From contig JAKALQ010000003.1 of assembly GCA_021824095.1 (NCBI GenBank), positions 1 through 63,305 on the forward strand: a DNA stretch of 63,305 nucleotides, read 5' to 3'. Of this stretch, positions 1 through 8,470 are shown one piece after another (the stretch's first letter is position 1; each line of letters begins with the position of its first letter). Made by a program: the position numbers and the translations under genes. The DNA is from Actinomycetes bacterium. Its GTDB lineage: Bacteria > Actinomycetota > Actinomycetes > S36-B12 > UBA5976. The notes under the pieces were generated by a model that searched no databases, had not been told where the DNA came from, and saw only the letters and a list, made by a program, of their open reading frames with translations.

Positions 1-1
1 G

Positions 2-208
2 CCGCTCATGCACTCGCTCGTGGCCGACGGCACCTTCGACCTCGCCTATTGCACCGACGACCGGGTCGGCATCCTCTATGAGGGCACCGACCCGGTGCGG
101 GTCATCACCGATATTGCGACCGACCCTGCGGCCGGTCCGGCTGCCTATCGCGTGGTGCGCGAGGGTGGCAGCGTCGTCGAGACGCGGTTGGCACCGGGCG
201 ACGTCTGA
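2..208 (+). CDS. 3' end of an unidentified protein (frame open to the window edge)
   Basis: The frame of ORF 8..208 stays open back to nt 2 and has G/C-rich third positions. AYCTDDRVGILYEG is vaguely BNR/sialidase-like but cannot be assigned. Confidence 0.3.
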   Translation, partial: PLMHSLVADGTFDLAYCTDDRVGILYEGTDPVRVITDIATDPAAGPAAYRVVREGGSVVETRLAPGDV

Positions 209-235
209 CGTCTCCCGCCCGATGCCTCGCGCGGC

Positions 236-1024
236 TCAGGCACCCGTCGCCCAGGCCCGCAGGTCCGGCACGCTCACATCGGCCACCCCGTCGAGTTGCG
301 ACAGCGGCGTGCTGCCGGGGGTCGACGTGGGAATGCCGAAGCGGTCGGCCAGTTCGGCGCGCGTGCTGTGCGCGATGGTGACGAGTTCATCGATCGTCGT
401 CGTGCCGCGCACGCTCGGCTCCGTGCCGTCAGCGGCAGCGTGCGTGGCGCTGGCAGACGGTGTCCCGACAGGGGCGGTGCCCGTGCTGTCCGCCGTGCCG
501 CGGGCCGAGGCGGATGCGACCGGTGTCGCGGTCGCGACCGCGGCGGTGGCAGCGGACGCCGTCACGGCAACCGGGGTTGCCGCCGGTGTGGTGCCACCAG
601 TGGCGCGAGCGTCGATCCAGGTGCGCACGAGCGTGAGTTCGAAGCCGGGCACCGACTCGCCGAGCGGTCCGAGGGTGGCATCGGTCGCCACATCCGACGG
701 GATGGCGAAGGTGCGGTAGAAGTCGGCCTTCGTGATGCCGTATGCGTCGAGCACCTGCTGGATGGTCATCCACCCCTTGAGGTCGGCACCGGTCGAGCTG
801 GCGGTGAGCGTCACCGCCTGGCCGTCGGCGTCGACACGTCCGGAGGTTGAGAACCAACCCAGCTGCATGCTGGCGGCGAGCAGCCCGACGATGACGGCTG
901 CCGCCCCACCCAGGTACAGGCGCACGGGCACCCGGCGATGGGCCAGGCGGGTGGCGGTGGGTGTGGGATTCGCACTGCGCGGGATACGGAGCATGGGTTG
1001 CTCGGACGTGCGCTGGTCAGACAT
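236..1024 (-). CDS. Single-pass membrane-anchored protein with two ~40-aa internal repeats and an A/T/P-rich linker (unknown function)
   Basis: The ATG at 1024 overlaps the stop of the upstream 4Fe-4S gene by 8 nt (ATGTCTGA). It has one hydrophobic helix (LYLGGAAAVIVGLLAASMQLGW). The repeats are GWMTIQQVLDAYGITKADFYRTFAIPSD and GTTTIDELVTIAHSTRAELADRFGIPTS. Confidence 0.6.
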   Translation of the reverse strand: MSDQRTSEQPMLRIPRSANPTPTATRLAHRRVPVRLYLGGAAAVIVGLLAASMQLGWFSTSGRVDADGQAVTLTASSTGADLKGWMTIQQVLDAYGITKADFYRTFAIPSDVATDATLGPLGESVPGFELTLVRTWIDARATGGTTPAATPVAVTASAATAAVATATPVASASARGTADSTGTAPVGTPSASATHAAADGTEPSVRGTTTIDELVTIAHSTRAELADRFGIPTSTPGSTPLSQLDGVADVSVPDLRAWATGA

Positions 1025-1913
1025 GGGAGTCGATCCTTCCGGTGCGGCTGGGGAACGAGACGGTGAGCGCCAGGGCGTCCTGGCTGGGGCAGGCGCTGAC
1101 GCACTGCAGGCAGCCGATGCAGGACGCATCGGTGACGCGCGTGCGCTGATTCACCGGGATCCCCATCGGGCAGGCGTTGTTGCAGATCTCGCAGCCGAGG
1201 CAGGCGTCCGCGGAGCGCTGGATGGCGACGGGCGAGGCCTTCGCCACGATCCCCTGCACCGCACCGAGCGGGCAGGCGTAGCGGCAGAACGGGCGGTCGA
1301 TGAAGAGCGCGAGCACGAGCATCACGATGAGCACGACGATGCCGGTGCTGAACTCGAAGTCGACGATGCCGAGGAAGGCGGACCAAGGGTCGACGGCCCG
1401 GAACACCATGGTGCCGGTGACCGCCGCCCCGCCGATGGCCCACACGAGCACGGCGTAGCGGCCCAGGCGCAGTGCGCGATCGAGACGCGGACCGGGCTCC
1501 AGCCAGCGGCGCACGGCACGCATGCCGGGGACGACGCGCTCCAGCCGGCGTCCGATGGCACGCACGGACTCCTGCATGCTGCCGAGCACGCAGATCCACC
1601 CGCAGAAGAACCCGCGGGCCAGCACTGCGAGCACCGTCACGACCCCGGCGAGCACGAGGTTCGCGGAGTGGGTGTGCGACACGGTGCGGCCCGTGGTGAG
1701 CCAGGTCCATGCGGTCTCGAAGCCGCCGAAGGGGCACACCGCCTCGACCGACCCGGACGACGGCGTGAGCAGGTGCTGGCCGAGCGTCACCGCCAGCCAG
1801 ATCGCGAACGCCGCCTGGATGCCATGGCGGACCCACTGCACGTTCGCCGACCACCGGCGATCACGACGTGGGACGAAGCGCGGTGTCGGCACCGCGGTGT
1901 CTGTTGTGGTCAT
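1017..1913 (-). CDS. Polytopic 4Fe-4S binding protein, NapH/MauN/NosR-like
   Basis: It has two ferredoxin motifs (CLGCEICNNACP, CIGCLQCVSACP) plus FCGWICVLG and FCRYACPLG motifs and several TM helices. An RBS GGAGG lies upstream of the ATG at 1913. Confidence 0.85.
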   Translation of the reverse strand: MTTTDTAVPTPRFVPRRDRRWSANVQWVRHGIQAAFAIWLAVTLGQHLLTPSSGSVEAVCPFGGFETAWTWLTTGRTVSHTHSANLVLAGVVTVLAVLARGFFCGWICVLGSMQESVRAIGRRLERVVPGMRAVRRWLEPGPRLDRALRLGRYAVLVWAIGGAAVTGTMVFRAVDPWSAFLGIVDFEFSTGIVVLIVMLVLALFIDRPFCRYACPLGAVQGIVAKASPVAIQRSADACLGCEICNNACPMGIPVNQRTRVTDASCIGCLQCVSACPSQDALALTVSFPSRTGRIDSHV

Positions 1914-2019
1914 TCCTTGCCTCCAACCCTCGGCGCCATGCTGTGCCGACGCGGCGGAGACGATGTGGCGGGCGTGTGCAGATCGTGTGGAGATGTGCCC
2001 GCAGGAGGGGATGCGCGGG

Positions 2020-2760
2020 TCAGGCGGCCGCGATGGCGCGATCAAGCAGCGCGCGCGTCACAGGGCCGGCCCGCCAGGCACTGATGCGACCCTTGGCGTC
2101 GAGCACGACGGTGATGGGAAGCGAGCGGTTCGGCACGGTCGTGAACGAGGCCATGACGACGCCGCGCGGGTCGGAGACCTGCACGGCGTGCGACGGGAAC
2201 TGCACCAGGAAGTCACGGGCGGCGTTGGCATCGTCCATCGAGTCGATGGCCACGAAGTGCACGTCGGGGTGGGCGGTGGCGGCGGCCTGCAACTCCGGCC
2301 ACTCCTGACGGCAGGGCGTGCACCAAGACGCCCACAGGTTCACCACGGTCACACCACCGCGCAGTGACGCCGTAGACCAGGCGGCACCATCAAGGGTGGT
2401 GCCGGTCCACGCCGGCATCGCCACACGGTCCTGGACGTCGACCGTGACGAAACCGCCCGCCGCCAGTTGTGCAGCGGCGCGCTTGGCCGCGCTCGCCCGG
2501 CGAGCCGCCTCGGCCTTGCGGGCTGCCGCGGCCTTGCGTTGTGCGGCCGCCCTCTGCTGCGCTGCCCGCTGCTTCGCGGTGAGGGCTCGCTTCGTCACCT
2601 TCGGCGTGGGCGTGGGCGTCGCGGCGTTGCGCGCCGTCGATCCGGGCACTGCCGACAGCACACCGACGGCCGTCGAGCGTGGGATCGCGGTGGCCGCCGG
2701 AGCGGCCAGCGCCCCGAGGAGCAGGGCGACGATGAGGCTGCGGCGGGCGTGGACGAGCAT
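2020..2760 (-). CDS. TlpA/ResA-family exported thiol-disulfide oxidoreductase (thioredoxin fold)
   Basis: It has the WCTPC active site in VVNLWASWCTPCRQEWPEL and an N-terminal signal/anchor MLVHARRSLIVALLLGALAAPAATA. The start is at ATG 2760; the upstream part of ORF 2020..3198 runs through the repeat region and is not coding. Confidence 0.85.
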   Translation of the reverse strand: MLVHARRSLIVALLLGALAAPAATAIPRSTAVGVLSAVPGSTARNAATPTPTPKVTKRALTAKQRAAQQRAAAQRKAAAARKAEAARRASAAKRAAAQLAAGGFVTVDVQDRVAMPAWTGTTLDGAAWSTASLRGGVTVVNLWASWCTPCRQEWPELQAAATAHPDVHFVAIDSMDDANAARDFLVQFPSHAVQVSDPRGVVMASFTTVPNRSLPITVVLDAKGRISAWRAGPVTRALLDRAIAAA

Positions 2761-2846
2761 GGGCCCATCGTCGCACCGATTCCTGCCCTGGCATCCGCCG
2801 TGGGGCCCGCCGCACCTGTCGATCAGGCCACATCGCGACGGTGCGA

Positions 2847-3106
2847 ACGTCCTATCCACGTGCAGTGCACGGCCGGACGTACAGGCCCGTCGAATCCACG
2901 TGCAGTGCACGCGTCGAGGGCGTCGCGACGACCCATCCGCGGCGCCGCCGCGGCGTGTGCCCGCCAACGCGAACTGCACCCACAGGGGGGCCCACCCCGA
3001 GGCACGTCCTATCCACGTGCAGTGCACGGCCGGACGTACAGGCCCGTCGAATCCACGTGCAGTGCACGCGTCGAGGGCATCGCGACGACCCATCCGCGGC
3101 GCCGCG
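2847..3106. repeat. Tandem direct duplication: a ~102-bp unit repeated with a 157-bp period, carrying 4 copies of the box ATCCACGTGCAGTGCACG
   Basis: Nt 2847-2948 and 3004-3105 are identical except for one position (g/a). The palindrome cores CGTGCA-G-TGCACG lie at 2859-2871, 2899-2911, 3016-3028 and 3056-3068. Confidence 0.9.
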
Positions 3107-3157
3107 ATGCAGCGGCGTGCCCGACAGCCACCGCAAGGAGCCGGGCCAGGAGACGCA

Positions 3158-3196
3158 GAAGTCCCGGGACATCCATGCACGATGTCCCGGGACTTC
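3158..3196 (-). terminator. Perfect 16-bp stem hairpin immediately 3' of tRNA-Asn
   Basis: The sequence is GAAGTCCCGGGACATC-catgcac-GATGTCCCGGGACTTC. It lies 6 nt downstream of the tRNA 3' end on the minus strand and has no U-tract. Confidence 0.55.
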
Positions 3197-3202
3197 ACAA
3201 CG

Positions 3203-3275
3203 CTCCCCCGATTGGACTCGAACCAATAACCACCCGATTAACAGTCGGGTGCTCTGCCAATTGAGCTACGGAGGA
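3203..3275 (-). tRNA. tRNA-Asn (anticodon GTT)
   Basis: The manual cloverleaf is TCCTCCG-TA-GCTC-AATTGGCA-GAGC-A-CCCGA-CTGTTAA-TCGGG-TGGTT-ATTGG-TTCGAGT-CCAAT-CGGGGGA-G, 73 nt. CCA is not encoded. Confidence 0.95.
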
Positions 3276-3433
3276 TTGACCGGCGAACCGGACAACGGGC
3301 AGAACACTATCAAAGAACAGGGGGCCACCAAATCCTGCGTCACCCAGACACCGGCCCGCGTTCACGCGTCGCGGGCAGTCGGCGGGACGCCCCACGCAAG
3401 GCGGACGTTGACACGCCAAGGCTCGTCACGCGC

Positions 3434-3571
3434 CCGCACCCGACGCACATCGCACACCCTCACCCAGCGCTCGTCCCGCACCCGACGCGCACCGCACGCC
3501 CGCAACCGACGCACAGCGCACACCGGCACCCGACGCACATCGCACGCCCGCACCCGACGCGCGTCGCGCGC
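3434..3571. repeat. Degenerate 24-bp tandem repeat (about 6 units, consensus CCGCACCCGACGCACATCGCACGC)
   Basis: The units start at 3434, 3458 (a shortened 18-nt unit), 3476, 3500, 3524 and 3548. The array ends 1 nt before the dnaG stop codon (3573-3575). Confidence 0.8.
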
Positions 3572-3572
3572 C

Positions 3573-5393
3573 TCAGGCGCCGCGCGCCAACTCGGCCAGT
3601 TCGCGGCGCTGCGCCTCGAGGGCGAGCAGGTCGCCGAAGGCAGCCTCCTGCTCGGGCGAGCCCGCGTCGAGCCGCTGCAACCGCGACTTCAGGGCCGCGA
3701 TGCGGCGGCTGGCGTCGAGCTCGAGCAGGCGGGCCACGACACTCGTGCAGTAGACGGCCACATCGCCTCGGGCGTCGATGGCAAGCGGGTCGACGATGGC
3801 GCCGGTGAGCACCGCCCGGATGCTGTCGTCGGGGGCAGCCTCGAGCACCCGGTCGAACCAGGTGGGCTCCTCGGCGGTCGCGACGCCGCCGGCCGCCGCG
3901 ATCGCCTCATGGGCAAGGCGGTAGGCGTCGACCGTGTAGGCGCCCGGTTCGACGACGGCATACCAGTCGCGTACGTCGATGGGGTGCTGCAGCACCACCT
4001 TGAGCGCCTCGCGCTCCACGCGCGCCTCAAGCGAGGTGGGGGTCGGCCGCCGTGGCGCCTCCGCGGCACGCGGTGCCGCATCCGGCGTCATGGCCCTGGT
4101 GACGGCGTCGGGCTCCACGCCGATCCAGCCGGCGAGCAGCCGCACGTACTCGGGTCGCAGCGCCCGGTCGCGGATGCGCCCGACGATGGGGGCGGTGGCG
4201 CGCAGCGCAGCGACGCGGCCCTCCGCCGAGTCGAGGTCATAGTCGGCGAGTGTGGAGCGGATGGCGAACTCGAACATCGGAGCGCGGTCGGCGATGAGCT
4301 GGCGCACTGCGGCGTCACCGCTGGCCTGCCGGAGCTCGCAGGGGTCGAGCCCGTTGGGTTCGACGGCGACGAAGGTGGACGCGACGAACTTCTGGTCATC
4401 CTCGAAGGCCCGCAGCGCTGCCTTGCGACCCGCAGCGTCACCGTCGAAGGTGAAGATGACCTGGCCCGTGAAGGCATCGTCGTCGACGAGCAGCCGACGC
4501 AGCACCTTGATGTGCTCGGCGCCGAAGGCCGTGCCGCAGGTGGCGACCGCCGTGGTGATGCCGGCAAGGTGGCAGGCCATGACGTCGGTGTAGCCCTCGA
4601 CGATGACCGCCTGCTGCTGCTTGGCGATGTCGCGCCGCGCGAGGTCGATGCCGTAGAGCACCTGGCTCTTGCGATAGAGGGGTGATTCGGGGGTGTTGAG
4701 GTACTTGGGGCCGTCGTCGTCCTCGAACAGGCGCCGAGCGCCGAAGCCGATGACGGCACCGCCCAGATCGCGGATGGGCCACACGAGCCGTCCACGGAAG
4801 CGGTCGTACACACCGCGCGACCCCTGGCTCATGAGGCCGCCGGTGAGCAGCTCCTCCTGGGAGAAGCCGAGGCCCCGCAGGTGGGTGAGCAGGCGGTCCC
4901 AGCCCCGGGGCGCGAAACCGACGCCGAAGTGCCGGGCCGCGTCCGCATCGAAGCCGCGCCCCTCGAGGAAGGCCCGCCCCGGCTGCGCCTCCGGCGAGGC
5001 CAACTGCGTGGCGTAGAAGGCGGCCGCCGCCGCGTGCGCGTCGAGCAGTCGCTGGCGTTGCCCCTGCTGGCGGTTGGGGGCAGCCGATCCCTCCTCGTAG
5101 CGCAGGTGGATGCCGTACTTCGCGGCCAGCTTCTCGACCGCCTCGTTGAACGACAGGGCGTCGATCTTGCGCACGAAGGAGATGACATCGCCACCCTCCT
5201 GGCAGCCGAAGCAGTGCCAGAAGCCCTTGGCCGGCGTGACGTGGAAACTCGGCGACTTCTCGTCATGGAAGGGGCACAACCCCTTGAGCGAGCCACCACC
5301 AGCGCTGCGCAGCCCGACGTACTCGCGCACCACCTCGTCGATGCGGGCACGCTCGCGCACAAGTACGACGTCCTCGTCCCTGATGCGCGCCAT
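3573..5393 (-). CDS. dnaG: DNA primase
   Basis: It starts MARIRDEDVVLVRERARIDEVV and has the zinc-finger CPFHDEKSPSFHV..HCFGC and the TOPRIM segment VIVEGYTDVMA. The 5' extension of ORF 3573..6032 overlaps dgt and is not coding. Confidence 0.95.
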   Translation of the reverse strand: MARIRDEDVVLVRERARIDEVVREYVGLRSAGGGSLKGLCPFHDEKSPSFHVTPAKGFWHCFGCQEGGDVISFVRKIDALSFNEAVEKLAAKYGIHLRYEEGSAAPNRQQGQRQRLLDAHAAAAAFYATQLASPEAQPGRAFLEGRGFDADAARHFGVGFAPRGWDRLLTHLRGLGFSQEELLTGGLMSQGSRGVYDRFRGRLVWPIRDLGGAVIGFGARRLFEDDDGPKYLNTPESPLYRKSQVLYGIDLARRDIAKQQQAVIVEGYTDVMACHLAGITTAVATCGTAFGAEHIKVLRRLLVDDDAFTGQVIFTFDGDAAGRKAALRAFEDDQKFVASTFVAVEPNGLDPCELRQASGDAAVRQLIADRAPMFEFAIRSTLADYDLDSAEGRVAALRATAPIVGRIRDRALRPEYVRLLAGWIGVEPDAVTRAMTPDAAPRAAEAPRRPTPTSLEARVEREALKVVLQHPIDVRDWYAVVEPGAYTVDAYRLAHEAIAAAGGVATAEEPTWFDRVLEAAPDDSIRAVLTGAIVDPLAIDARGDVAVYCTSVVARLLELDASRRIAALKSRLQRLDAGSPEQEAAFGDLLALEAQRRELAELARGA

Positions 5394-5412
5394 GCTCGGA
5401 GTGTAGGTGGGG

Positions 5413-6678
5413 TCAGTGACGCAGGCGGGCGTGCCAGGCCTGCACCGAGATGTCGGTGAGGCTCGCCACCTGGTCGATGACGACCCGCAGCCGGCCGGCG
5501 TCATCGCTGGCCGCCTGCCAGTGGGGCCGCAGCCACGGCTCCAGGGCGTCCCCGCCGGCACGCTGCAGTGCCTCGACGAGTTCGCCGATGAGCCGACGCT
5601 GTTCGGCGTACACGGCCTCTGCACCCCTGCGACGCATGACGTACAGGGCGGCCATCGACTTGAGCACCGCGACCTCGGCACGCACGTCATCGGGCACGAG
5701 CAGGTTGGCGCGGTAGCGGGTGAGCCGATCGTCGCCGAACTCCGCGCGGGTGGCACTGTGCGCGGCCTCGCAGAACCGGCCGATGAGACGGCTCGTGCAG
5801 TCCTTGAGTGCCGCGAGTGCCCGCTGTGACCCGTCGTAGGACGCGGGCCAGTAGGGCAGCTCGACGAGCCGGTCGAGCGCGTCGGCAAGGTCGTCGATGG
5901 GCATGCTCGGCGCGTACTCGCGAGCGCAGAGCGCGATGAGCGCCTCCCGCTGGTCCCCGAGTGCCACCGACGCCACATCGAGGTGCCCCGCGTGCACGGC
6001 GTCCTCAACGTCATGCACCGAGTACGCGACATCGTCGGCCCAGTCCATCACCTGCGCCTCGAAGCACTTGCGCGGCCCCGGCGCCCCGGCCCGCACCCAG
6101 TCGAACACGTGCGCGTCATCGGCGTAGTAGCCGAACTTCACCGCGTTCGTCGCGTGGTCCCACGGGTACTTCACGGAGGCGTCGAGCCCGGCACGCGTGA
6201 GGTTGAGCCCCACCGAACTGCCGTCGGCGGCGAAGGTCTTGGACTCCAGGCGCGTGAGCACCCGCAGCGTCTGGGCGTTGCCCTCGAACCCACCGATGTC
6301 GGCGGCGATCGCGTTGAGCTCCTGCTCGCCGTTGTGGCCGAAGGGCGGATGCCCGAGGTCGTGCGCAAGGCAGCCCACCTCGACGAGGTCCGGATCACAG
6401 CCCAGCGACGCCCCCAGCTCGCGGCCCACCTGGGCGACCTCGAGCGTGTGCGTGAGCCGTGTGCGCGGGAAGTCATCGGTGCCGGCCTGCAGCACCTGCG
6501 TCTTGGCCGCGAGCCGCCGCAGCGCCGACGAGTGGAGGATGCGGGCCCGGTCACGCGCGAACGCGGTGCGATCGGCGCGCTTCGCGGGCTCGTCGACGAT
6601 GCGCACCTCGTCCTCGGGTGCATAGCCGAGGCTCGGGCGGTCGTCGCCGGCGATGGCCGGGGTGGCGCGATCGGGCAC
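5413..6678 (-). CDS. dgt: dGTP triphosphohydrolase-like HD-domain protein
   Basis: It shows [39 protein letters not shown] and [14 protein letters not shown], the HD-domain signature of the Dgt family. Confidence 0.9.
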   Translation of the reverse strand: MPDRATPAIAGDDRPSLGYAPEDEVRIVDEPAKRADRTAFARDRARILHSSALRRLAAKTQVLQAGTDDFPRTRLTHTLEVAQVGRELGASLGCDPDLVEVGCLAHDLGHPPFGHNGEQELNAIAADIGGFEGNAQTLRVLTRLESKTFAADGSSVGLNLTRAGLDASVKYPWDHATNAVKFGYYADDAHVFDWVRAGAPGPRKCFEAQVMDWADDVAYSVHDVEDAVHAGHLDVASVALGDQREALIALCAREYAPSMPIDDLADALDRLVELPYWPASYDGSQRALAALKDCTSRLIGRFCEAAHSATRAEFGDDRLTRYRANLLVPDDVRAEVAVLKSMAALYVMRRRGAEAVYAEQRRLIGELVEALQRAGGDALEPWLRPHWQAASDDAGRLRVVIDQVASLTDISVQAWHARLRH

Positions 6679-6703
6679 GGGACGATTCTGTCAGCCCGGG
6701 CGG

Positions 6704-7309
6704 TCAGGCGGTGCTGCCGTGCTGCTGCACGAGCCAGAAGTACAGCAGTCCCCCGGTCTCGCGCACCAGGTAGTCGGGGGTGCGCGACGAGCCCGGGCCG
6801 GCGGGCGGCGGCGCCGGATGCACCGTGAAGCCGAAGGACGCCATCATGGCGGTCGCCCGCGCCTCGTGCATGCGATCGGTCACCATGGTGATGGACCGCC
6901 AACCACGGGCGCGTGCAATGCGCGCGATGGCGGCCGCCGAGTTGAAGGTGTCGGTGCCGGTGCGCACCGCGGTGATGCGATCGCGCGGGACGCCGAGGTG
7001 CTGCAGGTACAGGCGCCCGGAGGTTGCCTCCGTGAACACGTCGCCGGGCTGGCTGCCGCCGACGGTGACGATCTGCCCCGCCACCCCCTGCCGGTACAGC
7101 GCGTAGGCCCGATCGAGCCGGGTGCGCAGGACCGGGCTCGGTACCCCGTTGAACTGTGCGGCCCCCATGATGACGAGTGCATCCGTGCGGGTGGTGTCCT
7201 CACGGAAGGACTGCCCGACGACCCAGGCCGCGGTGGCGCCGATCGACACGACGACGACCATGACGATGGCGCCGAGGCCACGGCGCAACAGGCGGAAGCC
7301 GAGGAACAC
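6704..7309 (-). CDS. YdcF/ElyC-like DUF218 protein with an N-terminal TM helix
   Basis: It shows LVIMGAAQFNGVPSPVLRTRLDRAYALY and VTDRMHEARA. I prefer the GTG at 7309, 5 nt after the dus stop, over the ATG at 7387, which would overlap dus by 73 nt. Confidence 0.7.
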   Translation of the reverse strand: MFLGFRLLRRGLGAIVMVVVVSIGATAAWVVGQSFREDTTRTDALVIMGAAQFNGVPSPVLRTRLDRAYALYRQGVAGQIVTVGGSQPGDVFTEATSGRLYLQHLGVPRDRITAVRTGTDTFNSAAAIARIARARGWRSITMVTDRMHEARATAMMASFGFTVHPAPPPAGPGSSRTPDYLVRETGGLLYFWLVQQHGSTA

Positions 7310-7314
7310 GCGGC

Positions 7315-8466
7315 TCAGCCGCCGCTCACGCCGAGCTCGGCGAGCGACAGGTCGACGGCGGCATCGAGGTCGCGTGAGTCCAGCCAACCGTCCGGCAGCG
7401 CGACCCGCTTCGCGCCGGAGGTGCGCCCGCGCGGGCCGGCGGCGATGTCGACCGGGAAGGGCTGCTCGCCGTCGATGGTGGCGAGCAGGGCGCGCATCTC
7501 GTCGACGGTGTCGATGAGCCCGAGGGCCAGTCGCGTCTCGGAGCCGACCGCGAAGCCCTTGAGGTACCAGGCCATGTGCTTGCGCATCTCGCGGCAGCCC
7601 TTGCCCTCGTCGCCGCCGTGCATGGCGATGAGCAGTTCGCAGTGGCGCAGCATGAGCTCCTGCACGCCAGCGCAGTCCGGGTCCGAGGGCACCGGCCGTC
7701 CGTCGAATGCGGCAGCGATCTGCCCGAAGAGCCAGGGACGACCGAGGCAGGCGCGGCCGATCACGACGCCGGTGCAGCCCGTCTCACGGTGCATGCGCAC
7801 AGCGTCGTCCGCGGTCCAGATGTCGCCATTGCCGAGCACCGGGGTGGGGGCGAGCGTGTCGACGAGCCGCCGGATGGCTGCCCAGTCGGCAGTGCCGCTG
7901 TAGAGCTGCAGGGCCGTGCGGCCGTGCAGCGCCACCCAGGCGACGCCCGCCGCTGCCGCCGCGATCCCGGCGTCAAGGTAGGTGTGATGCTCGTCATCGA
8001 TGCCGACGCGCATCTTCACGCTCACCGGCACCTGCCCGCGGGCGTTGGCAACGGCGGCGTCGACGATGGCCCGGAAGCGATCACGCTTCCAGGGCAGCGC
8101 CGAACCGCCACCCTTGCGCGTCACCTTCGGGACGGGACAGCCCATGTTGAGGTCGATGTGGTCAGCGCGGTCCTCGTCGACGATCATCCGCACCGCGGCG
8201 CCGATGATGTCGGGATCGACGCCGTAGAGCTGGATGCTGCGCGGCGACTCATCGTCTGCGAACTCGATCATGTGCATGGTCTCGGGATCGCGCTCGATGA
8301 GGGCGCGCGAGGTGATCATCTCGCTCACGTACAGCGCCGCACCGCCACCGGGGTAGACAGCCTTGGAGGCCTCACGGCACAGCGTCCGATAGGCGCGGTT
8401 CGTGATGCCCGCCATGGGCGCGAGGACGACGAGCGGCCGATCGCCCTCGAACAGGGTCGAGCGCAT
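7315..8466 (-). CDS. dus: tRNA-dihydrouridine synthase
   Basis: It shows LAPMAGITNRAYRTLCRE, DLNMGCPVPKVTRKGGGSAL, VSVKMRVG and ALHGRTA. The start is ATG 8466 (MRSTLFEG). Confidence 0.9.
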   Translation of the reverse strand: MRSTLFEGDRPLVVLAPMAGITNRAYRTLCREASKAVYPGGGAALYVSEMITSRALIERDPETMHMIEFADDESPRSIQLYGVDPDIIGAAVRMIVDEDRADHIDLNMGCPVPKVTRKGGGSALPWKRDRFRAIVDAAVANARGQVPVSVKMRVGIDDEHHTYLDAGIAAAAAGVAWVALHGRTALQLYSGTADWAAIRRLVDTLAPTPVLGNGDIWTADDAVRMHRETGCTGVVIGRACLGRPWLFGQIAAAFDGRPVPSDPDCAGVQELMLRHCELLIAMHGGDEGKGCREMRKHMAWYLKGFAVGSETRLALGLIDTVDEMRALLATIDGEQPFPVDIAAGPRGRTSGAKRVALPDGWLDSRDLDAAVDLSLAELGVSGG

Positions 8467-8470
8467 GCCG

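Noticed and set aside
2847-3106. The 157-bp repeat region as a CRISPR array or as coding sequence (ORFs 2823..3005, 2852..3226, 2467..3264).
   Set aside because: There are only two units, the spacer between them is partly homologous, and no cas genes are nearby. The reading frames differ between the copies (a 157-bp period is not a multiple of 3), so no repeated peptide would be made.
3203-3275. tRNA-Asn as an integration site of a genomic island (the neighbouring repeats as att remnants).
   Set aside because: I found no duplicated copy of the tRNA 3' half elsewhere in the window and no integrase. Both flanks are core genes (dnaG on one side, the redox operon on the other).
3362-3553. A 63-aa ORF and other frames across the 24-bp tandem array.
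   Set aside because: The apparent ORFs are by-products of the repeat. They give periodic R/V/C/D or R/T/H/S peptides and have no start context.
2841-4685. Long plus-strand ORFs antisense to core genes: 2841..4685, 8402..10138, 11570..13861, 14773..16902, 35798..37918, 59318..61885, and minus-strand 57630..59396.
   Set aside because: Each lies opposite a gene with strong family signatures. Their translations are R/G/A/P/H-rich with no recognisable domains, and they lack RBSs. They are GC-driven shadow ORFs.
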